From: Bifidobacterium sp.
GTDB taxonomy: Bacteria; Actinomycetota; Actinomycetes; Actinomycetales; Bifidobacteriaceae
Length of the DNA: 64,000 nucleotides
Direction of reading: 5' to 3'
Assembly (NCBI GenBank): GCA_022739095.1
Contig: JAIJEI010000001.1
Span: 102 to 64,101 of the forward strand
Part shown: one piece after another, positions 57,061-64,000 of the stretch
Layout of the letters: each line of letters begins with the position of its first letter
Position numbering within the stretch: the stretch's first letter is position 1
Position numbers and translations under genes: made by a program
Notes under the pieces: generated by a model
What the model was told of the DNA's origin: nothing
Seen by the model: only the letters and a program-made list of their open reading frames with translations
Database searches by the model: none

Positions 57061-58280
57061 TGAATACCTTGAATACGGAAAATCCCATCGAAAAGCCGTT
57101 CCGCAAAACCGGTGATCCGGTCGACCTGACCAGCGAATCGCCCTTGCACCCGCGCCGCAAGTCCCGCCGCATCATGGTGGGCCCGGTGCCGGTGGGCGGG
57201 GGAGCGCCCATCTCCGTGCAGTCGATGACCAACACACTCACGGCCAACGTACCTGCCACGTTGCAGCAGATCGCCGAACTGACCGCCGCCGGCTGCGACA
57301 TCGTGCGCGTGGCCGTGCCAAGTCAGGACGATGCCGACGCGCTGCCGGAAATCTGCCGCAAATCGCCGATTCCGGTCATCGCCGATATACACTTCCAGTC
57401 CAAATACGTGTTCCAGGCCATCGACGCCGGCTGCGCGGCCGTGCGTGTGAACCCCGGCAACATCCGTAAGTTCGACGAAGTCGGCCCGGACATCTGCAAG
57501 GCCGCCACCGACGCGGGCATCTCGCTGCGTATCGGCGTGAACGCCGGCTCGCTGGACAAGGAACTCTACGCCAAATACGGTGGCCCGACTCCGGAAGCGC
57601 TGGTGGCCTCCGCCTTGAAGGAAGCGCACATGTTCGAGGACGTCGGCTTCCACGATTTCAAGATCTCCGTCAAACACCATGATGTCATCACCATGGTCGA
57701 AACGTACCGACTGCTCGCATCCAAGGGCGATTGGCCGTTGCACCTCGGCGTTACCGAGGCCGGCCCCGCCTGGCAAGGCACCATCAAATCCTGCCTGGCG
57801 TTCGGTGCGCTCTTGGCCGAGGGCATTGGCGACACGATTCGCGTGTCCCTTTCCGCGCCGCCGGTCGAAGAGGTCAAGGTGGGTTGCAAACTCTTGGAAT
57901 ACATGGGATTGCGCCCCCGCAAGTTCGATATCATCTCCTGCCCGAGCTGCGGCCGCGCCCAAGTGGATGTGATCCAGCTCGCCTCCGCCGTCACCGAAGG
58001 CCTGAAGGACGTGACCGCGCCGATCCGTGTAGCCGTCATGGGCTGCATCGTCAACGGTCCGGGCGAAGCACGCGAAGCCGACCTCGGCGTGGCCTCCGGC
58101 AATGGCAAGGGCCAGATCTTCATCAAGGGCAAGGTCATCAAGACCGTGCCCGAAGACCAGATCGTCGACACGCTGCTCACCATAGCGAACGATATCGCCG
58201 CCCAAATGGAGGCCGACGACCAAGTGCCCGTCAATTCCACCGGCCCGGTAGTGGTTCCAATCCAGCATCCCGGTCACTGA
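57057..58280 (+). CDS. ispG: HMBPP synthase
   Basis: [37 protein letters not shown]. Confidence 0.96.
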   Translation: MMNTLNTENPIEKPFRKTGDPVDLTSESPLHPRRKSRRIMVGPVPVGGGAPISVQSMTNTLTANVPATLQQIAELTAAGCDIVRVAVPSQDDADALPEICRKSPIPVIADIHFQSKYVFQAIDAGCAAVRVNPGNIRKFDEVGPDICKAATDAGISLRIGVNAGSLDKELYAKYGGPTPEALVASALKEAHMFEDVGFHDFKISVKHHDVITMVETYRLLASKGDWPLHLGVTEAGPAWQGTIKSCLAFGALLAEGIGDTIRVSLSAPPVEEVKVGCKLLEYMGLRPRKFDIISCPSCGRAQVDVIQLASAVTEGLKDVTAPIRVAVMGCIVNGPGEAREADLGVASGNGKGQIFIKGKVIKTVPEDQIVDTLLTIANDIAAQMEADDQVPVNSTGPVVVPIQHPGH

Positions 58281-58334
58281 TTCGGCCGAATAGGCCCTCG
58301 GCATAAATATCGCGGTCAGATTACAATAGCGCAC

Positions 58335-60113
58335 GTGCCGCAAGAAGAAGAACATCGCCTGACCATCACCGGGAAGCCGTGGACCAGCACCCACCGGCTG
58401 ATGGTCAGCTTGCCCATCTTCATTATCCTGATCGGTGTGCTGGTCTCCATTTCCAATCTGACCACGGTGCCTTGGAACATCGAACCCACCGGCCAGTCGA
58501 TGGCCACGCTCACCGACGATACTGAAGTCACCTTCGATAACCCGTCCGGAGAAACGCTGCCGGCAAAAGGCACGTATGAGGTCACCGAGCGATACATCAC
58601 GCTGAACATGACCAGCGACGGTAATCTGACCAAGGAGTCCGGCGATCAGGGCAAGGCCAATGCAGACGGCGTCCAAGCCATCAAGGTATTGATTCGGGAA
58701 CCTCAGAACGCATCAGGCAAGCGCCCCGGCGTGGTGTTCATGCACGGTGCCGGATACGGCACCTGTGACAACTCCTTTGGCGACGTGGCCTCCGATATGG
58801 CTTCGGCCGGCTTTGTGACCGCAGTGCTCGACAAACCCGTCTGGAGCACCACCGACATCAACCGCGATTATCCGGCCTCAGCCAAGGCATATGATCAGGT
58901 CATCGAATACCTGCGAGCCCAAAGCGATGTGGACGCCGCCAAGGTCGGCATCTATGCCACCTCCGAATCGACATGGATCTCCTCATATCTGCTCGAGGAC
59001 GATCCGGACGTCGCCTTCCAGATTCTCCTGAGCCCGATGGTGTTCAGCCCACGCCAATCACTGGGATTTTTCGTCACCCAGGACTTCACTCTTGCCGGCG
59101 CGAACGAAGGCTATCAATCCATCGTCCAACGCCTGTTCAGCGCGGACACCGGCCTGTTCGGACTGAATAATTTCGACCTCGCCACGCTCAAACCCGCCGC
59201 CTACGCCGTACCCACCTACGTGGCTTACGGTTCAAAAGACGTGATGACGGCGCAGGTCGACGGCGTGCGTGCGATTCTCTACAACGCCCACAAAGCCGAT
59301 AACTGGAACGTAACCGTGCGCAGCTATCCGGTCGCCAACCATGTGCTGCGTTTGGGGGATGAGCCCGAAGCGGGCACCCCGTTTGCGGACGCCTATGTGG
59401 ATGATCTCATCGACTGGGCCGTCGGCACTTCCGCCGGACTCACGCAGACCAGCGAAAAGGTGGCCGGCACCAATCTGTACCAATCAATCGGTCTGCCGGG
59501 CGCTTTGAAGGCAAGACGCGTCGGCACCATATATGGTGTGATTCTGCACGTCACGGTGGTACTGCTGCTGCTCGCATCCATCGTGCTGGCACTGGTGGCG
59601 CTGGGTCGCAAAATCGCGGCGGATGCCCGATGGCGGCGCGAGAAACGCGAGGCCAAACGTACGGGCATGCTGATACCGGAACGGCCTGTGGTACTCGGCT
59701 TCGCACATGGTTTCGGCAATGCGCTGCTGACTTTGACCCTCACCACTCTTGCCACACTGCTCATCTTCTTCGCCGGACTCGGACAGGTGATTATGGGCGT
59801 GGTCAAACTTGCATGGGGCAGTGCGCCTATCGAGACGCCGGGCGTCATGTATTGGAGCTGGCCGGTCATCCAAGTGGTGTCCGTGCTGGTGCTATGGGCT
59901 TGGTCCCGCGTCTTTATGCACCTGATAGAAGTCGCTTCCGCCCGCGGCCTGATTCAGATACCCCCTCGTCGCGAATCCGTTCGAGACATCGTCACCGGTG
60001 CCGACCCGGTACTCGCCTCCACCCGGCTGGGCCGAGTCCTGTTCTGGCTGGTGGCCTTCACCATGCTGTACATACTGTTGGTGTTCGCCTTCTGGGGCCT
60101 GTTTATTTACTGA
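58335..60113 (+). CDS. Membrane-anchored alpha/beta hydrolase
   Basis: VVFMHGAG, VGIYATSES atypical nucleophile elbow, YGSKD, ANH; N- and C-terminal TM segments. Confidence 0.78.
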   Translation: MPQEEEHRLTITGKPWTSTHRLMVSLPIFIILIGVLVSISNLTTVPWNIEPTGQSMATLTDDTEVTFDNPSGETLPAKGTYEVTERYITLNMTSDGNLTKESGDQGKANADGVQAIKVLIREPQNASGKRPGVVFMHGAGYGTCDNSFGDVASDMASAGFVTAVLDKPVWSTTDINRDYPASAKAYDQVIEYLRAQSDVDAAKVGIYATSESTWISSYLLEDDPDVAFQILLSPMVFSPRQSLGFFVTQDFTLAGANEGYQSIVQRLFSADTGLFGLNNFDLATLKPAAYAVPTYVAYGSKDVMTAQVDGVRAILYNAHKADNWNVTVRSYPVANHVLRLGDEPEAGTPFADAYVDDLIDWAVGTSAGLTQTSEKVAGTNLYQSIGLPGALKARRVGTIYGVILHVTVVLLLLASIVLALVALGRKIAADARWRREKREAKRTGMLIPERPVVLGFAHGFGNALLTLTLTTLATLLIFFAGLGQVIMGVVKLAWGSAPIETPGVMYWSWPVIQVVSVLVLWAWSRVFMHLIEVASARGLIQIPPRRESVRDIVTGADPVLASTRLGRVLFWLVAFTMLYILLVFAFWGLFIY

Positions 60114-60162
60114 CTACTTCATTGAGTAGAGTCTGCCGGGCGTCGCGGGGAAAGGAGATGAG

Positions 60163-60882
60163 ATGTCGCTGTACCGAGACGAAGGTGTGGTGTTGCGCAC
60201 CTCCAAACTGGGCGAAGCCGATCGTATCATCACCATTCTGACGCGCGGGCATGGCAAGATTCGGGCGGTCGCCAGAGGCGTGCGCCGCACCAAATCACGC
60301 TTCGGTGCCAGGCTCGAGCCGTTCATGCGCGTCGATGTGCTTATCGCTGAAGGCCGCTCGCTTGATGTGGTCTCCCAGGCTGAAGCAATCGCCGCTTACG
60401 GTGCTCCGATCGCGGCCGATTACGCGGCGTATGAGGCTGCGAACGTCATCGTTGAGACCATCGATAAACTCGCCGGCACCGAACATGAGCAGCTGCCGAA
60501 CCAATATCGGCTGCTCATTGGCGCGTTGAATGCGCTCGCCAAACAATCCCACGCCCCGCAAGCCATAGGCGACTCCTATGTGATGCGTGCCTTGGCCTTG
60601 GCCGGTTGGACGCCACGATTGGGCACTTGCGTGGTATGCGGCAAGGAGGAGCCGGCGTACCTGTCCATCGCGTCCGGCGGCGTGATGTGCGAAGCCGACC
60701 ACACTACCGATGCGCGCCGTATAGCGCCATTCGTGTTAAGCCAATTCGATGCACTGATTCGTGGCGATTGGTCGGTGATTGATGCCGCGCCTGTGGAGCG
60801 GGTTGTGCAGGAGTTGGTTGAAGATTGGGGGGAGTATTACCTCGAACGCCCGATTCGTTCGCTGCGCTTGATAGATTCATGA
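60163..60882 (+). CDS. recO: DNA repair protein RecO
   Basis: GVVLR..LGEADRI..GKIRAVARGVRR, CVVCG zinc motif. Confidence 0.95.
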   Translation: MSLYRDEGVVLRTSKLGEADRIITILTRGHGKIRAVARGVRRTKSRFGARLEPFMRVDVLIAEGRSLDVVSQAEAIAAYGAPIAADYAAYEAANVIVETIDKLAGTEHEQLPNQYRLLIGALNALAKQSHAPQAIGDSYVMRALALAGWTPRLGTCVVCGKEEPAYLSIASGGVMCEADHTTDARRIAPFVLSQFDALIRGDWSVIDAAPVERVVQELVEDWGEYYLERPIRSLRLIDS

Positions 60883-61673
60883 GTATGGCTTTTGAGAACG
60901 TTGATTACACGTCGTTGGACATTCCCGCAGCTCCGTTCAGCGACCCTGCCCGTATTCCCGACTTCCCCAAGAACAAGGTACCCCGCCATATCGGTGTGAT
61001 TATGGACGGTAATGGTCGTTGGGCCAAGCAGCGCGGCATGGTCCGCACCAATGGTCATCAGGCCGCCGAACCGGTGGTGTTCGACACTATCGCCGGTGCC
61101 ATCGAAGCCGGTGTGCGGTATTTGAGCCTGTACACGTTCTCCACTGAAAACTGGAAGCGTTCGCCCCAGGAAGTGCGCTTCCTCATGGGCTTCTCACGTG
61201 AGATCATCCACCGTCGCGTGGAACAGATGGACGAGTGGGGTGTGCGCGTGCGTTGGTCCGGCCGTCGCCCCAAGCTGTGGAAGTCGGTGATCGACGAGCT
61301 TGAGGCCGCCGAGGAGCGTACCAAGAACAACAAGGTCATCGATGTGGTGTTCTGCATCAACTATGGTGGCCGTGCTGAAATCGCCGACGCCTGCGCCGCC
61401 ATCGCTCGCGATGTGCGCGATGGCAAGATTTCTGGCGACCGTGTGACTGAAAAGATGATTGCCGACCATCTGTACAATCCGGACATTCCCGATTGCGACT
61501 TGGTGATCCGTACTTCCGGCGAACAGCGCACCTCCAACTTCCTGCCGTGGGAGGCCGCCTACGCCGAGCTCGACTTCGTGCCCGAACTCTTCCCGGACTG
61601 CGGCCGTGACGTGCTATGGCGTTCCATCGACCATTACATCCATCGCGATCGCCGGTTTGGCGGTGTGAAGTAA
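60879..61673 (+). CDS. uppS: Isoprenyl transferase (undecaprenyl diphosphate synthase)
   Basis: HIGVIMDGNGRWA, FSTENWKR, IRTSGEQRTSNF, RRFGG. Confidence 0.95.
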   Translation: MSMAFENVDYTSLDIPAAPFSDPARIPDFPKNKVPRHIGVIMDGNGRWAKQRGMVRTNGHQAAEPVVFDTIAGAIEAGVRYLSLYTFSTENWKRSPQEVRFLMGFSREIIHRRVEQMDEWGVRVRWSGRRPKLWKSVIDELEAAEERTKNNKVIDVVFCINYGGRAEIADACAAIARDVRDGKISGDRVTEKMIADHLYNPDIPDCDLVIRTSGEQRTSNFLPWEAAYAELDFVPELFPDCGRDVLWRSIDHYIHRDRRFGGVK

Positions 61674-61788
61674 AGAACAGTCCGGTGGGATTATTGGCGA
61701 AGGCGAGACGAGAGCCGAGCCAGAAGAATGCGAGCGTCAGCTCGTCCGTAATTGCGGTCGAGCTGTCCGCGTAGCGGACTGAGGGGAG
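61674..61788. repeat. Degenerate REP-like element between convergent genes
   Basis: GAACAGTCCGGTGG at the left; GTCCGC-GTA-GCGGAC-TGAGGGGAG at the right. Confidence 0.45.
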
Positions 61789-62976
61789 TTACCGGCACAC
61801 CTCAGCTATCCGCTCCACGAACCTACTCAGGAAACGTTCGGCATCCACGCCAAGTGCCACATGCACATGCGGTACGGAATGATTCACCAGCCCAACCGGG
61901 TCTCCGGTGGTCCGGCCTCGTACTCCATTGAAATCACCGGTATTGGTCTCCGCGCGCAACGCAAGATCAAAACAATCGACCAGTGAAGAATCAAGCGCAA
62001 CCGCCGCCGCCAACGGATCATGCAGCGGCATGCCGCCAGAGAACAGTGCGGGGTCGGCTTCCAAATTTGCCTTGATGGAAAAGTCCGCGAGATCGGCCAA
62101 GAACCGCCCGCGCTTGGTCCCCGTCGCACGCCACTGGTCGGCCGCCGATCGCGGTAGCAAACACTGGTGAGTCACATCAAGTCCCACCATTGTGATGTCT
62201 GCGCCGGAATGAAATACACGATTCGCGGCCTCAGGGTCTTGGATGATATTCGTCTCAGCCACCGCATCCCAACAATTGCCGGGTTGGGTAAGCGTACCGC
62301 CCATCATCACCAGCCTGAGTTTCGATGCAATATCCGGTGCCCGAGTAATAGCCGCATCCACATCCGTCAACGGCCCGGTAGCCAGCACGGTAACGTCTCG
62401 ACCAAACTCGCGAACCTGCTCAATCAGATACTCAATCCCATTCGCAGCATCAACGGAGCACCTCCTTTTGCCCCCGCTGGCGAGAGCTGTCGATGTAGCC
62501 GACTGGGGATGGTCCACCGACCGAGAGCGGTCCACTCGAGAACAAGCACCCAACGCCGGATGAGCATGAACGTCCCCTACCAAATACCCGCCAACAGAAA
62601 CAACTCCATCGGGCGCATCCCCAGACATGTCATTCCCAGGCACACCAGCTCCATCAGCCAGAGCCCCGGCCCCTGCCAGCCAAGTATTCCCCAGTCCATC
62701 CTTCCCATGGAACTGGGCACATCCCGCATCAGGAATAAACGCATCAGCCCAAGAAGGATGCTCAGAGCCCAAAAACACCGGAATATCCGCCCGACCGAAC
62801 AAATCAAGCACCGCGCAAGTACTGGCATAAGCCGTGTTCGCATCCACATTGCCATAACTGGCGAGCACACCGCTCAGCTCGCACTCATCCGCCGACCACA
62901 ACAAATACGCCAACGCCAACGCATCATCAACACCGGTATCCATGCTGGCAATAATGCGGTCAGGACATTGGACCAT
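61789..62976 (-). CDS. Nucleoside hydrolase (IUNH family)
   Basis: DTGVDDALAL, YGNV, FHGKDGLG, ATGPLT, AETNIIQDPEAA, LHDPL. Confidence 0.9.
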   Translation of the reverse strand: MVQCPDRIIASMDTGVDDALALAYLLWSADECELSGVLASYGNVDANTAYASTCAVLDLFGRADIPVFLGSEHPSWADAFIPDAGCAQFHGKDGLGNTWLAGAGALADGAGVPGNDMSGDAPDGVVSVGGYLVGDVHAHPALGACSRVDRSRSVDHPQSATSTALASGGKRRCSVDAANGIEYLIEQVREFGRDVTVLATGPLTDVDAAITRAPDIASKLRLVMMGGTLTQPGNCWDAVAETNIIQDPEAANRVFHSGADITMVGLDVTHQCLLPRSAADQWRATGTKRGRFLADLADFSIKANLEADPALFSGGMPLHDPLAAAVALDSSLVDCFDLALRAETNTGDFNGVRGRTTGDPVGLVNHSVPHVHVALGVDAERFLSRFVERIAEVCR

Positions 62977-63027
62977 GGAATCGCCTCCTCGTTAGCGTGA
63001 TCCGCTATGAATAACCTTATCGGCCGA

Positions 63028-63074
63028 TACGCAAAAATGCGTCCTTTCCTCATGGAAGGACGCATTTTTGCGTA
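63028..63074 (-). terminator. Hairpin terminator
   Basis: TACGCAAAAATGCGTCCTT / AAGGACGCATTTTTGCGTA perfect 19-bp stem. Confidence 0.8.
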
Positions 63075-63098
63075 GATTCAAACTCGGAATATCGGAAA

Positions 63099-64000
63099 TT
63101 ACTTGCCGAGGAATTCGTCGGTGGCAAGGTCCTTGGCCTGCGGAGCCTCATGAATCACCTTGTCATGACTGTCGGTGTAAGCGTCTTCTTCAGCCAGGAA
63201 GTCGAAGTATTCCTGAGTGCCCTTGAAATCGTTGGTGCCGAGCACGAAGGAGCCGTCCTTGATCTTGGCCGGGTCGCCCCAGTACTGGCCGTCGACGATA
63301 ACCTGCATGCTCTTCTTGACGAATTCGGGCTTGAGATTGGCGTCAGGGGCTTCGTCCACGAGAATCTGCGCGGCGTCATCCGGGTTGGCGTACGCGTACT
63401 CATAACCCTTCTGAGTGGCCTGAGTGAACTTCTTGACCAGGTCGGGATTGTTCTTGATGGTCTTGTCATTGGTGATGATGCCGATGGCGTCGGCGTTGCC
63501 GGGCACGCCGTAGTCGGGTTCGGTGAAGCAGTTAAGCTTCGGGCCGTACATATCGGCCTGCACGCCTTCCCACGTGGCGTAGAAGCCGCCGAAATCGGCC
63601 TTGCCGGATTCCATGGTCTGGAAGGTGGAGGTGCCGACGGTCACCTTGTCGAACTCGCCCTTGCCGCCGTCGGTCTGGATCATGCGGCGCACCACGGCGT
63701 CGGATTCGTTGGATCCGAAGGTGGCGAAGGTCTTGCCATCCAAATCCTTAGGGGACTTGATGGCGGTGTTGGACGCCAGTGCGCACCAAATGGCGCTCGG
63801 CTTCTGCTGCACTTGCAGCACCTGCTTGATGTGAGCGCCCTTCAGCGTGTAGATGCCCACATTGGTCAGGTTGGACAGGGCGAAGTCGGCCACACCGTTG
63901 TTCACGGCCTGCTCGGCACCGGCCTGGGCCACGGCCACGATATCCACGTCAAGACCGGCGTCCTTGAAGTAGCCCTTGTTCTTGGCCACGTACACGCCGA
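63099..64000 (-). CDS. NMT1/ThiY-like ABC substrate-binding protein (5' end outside window)
   Basis: YVAKNKGYFKDAGLDV, SPKDLDGK, KGYEYAYANPDDAA. Confidence 0.85.
   Translation of the reverse strand, partial: GVYVAKNKGYFKDAGLDVDIVAVAQAGAEQAVNNGVADFALSNLTNVGIYTLKGAHIKQVLQVQQKPSAIWCALASNTAIKSPKDLDGKTFATFGSNESDAVVRRMIQTDGGKGEFDKVTVGTSTFQTMESGKADFGGFYATWEGVQADMYGPKLNCFTEPDYGVPGNADAIGIITNDKTIKNNPDLVKKFTQATQKGYEYAYANPDDAAQILVDEAPDANLKPEFVKKSMQVIVDGQYWGDPAKIKDGSFVLGTNDFKGTQEYFDFLAEEDAYTDSHDKVIHEAPQAKDLATDEFLGK

Overview
High-GC Actinobacterial chromosome; gene content and order (murI-dapF-VKOR-PHP-DUF3107-UvrD-like helicase, tRNA-Val, dxr-ispG, recO-uppS) look like Bifidobacterium, probably the B. 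longum group (inference). The left ~35 kb is a sulfur-amino-acid scavenging region. It holds three polar amino-acid ABC systems, a Liv-type and an Opp-type ABC system, two PLP trans-sulfuration enzymes, and paired paralogs of UroD/MtaA-fold proteins, M20D amidohydrolases and CGDC glutaredoxin-like proteins. Seven of its upstream regions share an ATA-N7-ATA-N9-T(A/G)TA box; in six of them a TANNNT hexamer starts exactly 36 bp after the final T(A/G)TA. Embedded in or next to it are decay scars and repeats: a truncated MazF-like gene, a peptidase broken by a 34-bp insert inside a 36-bp duplication, a permease-less polyamine-type ABC remnant, two arrays of palindromic units, an AAA+/DUF4143 gene preceded by five 33-bp periodic repeats, and a collapsed permease/glutamine synthetase-like/amidohydrolase locus. 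From ~41.8 kb rightwards it is mostly core genome. All calls come from motif reading by eye; no database search was run.
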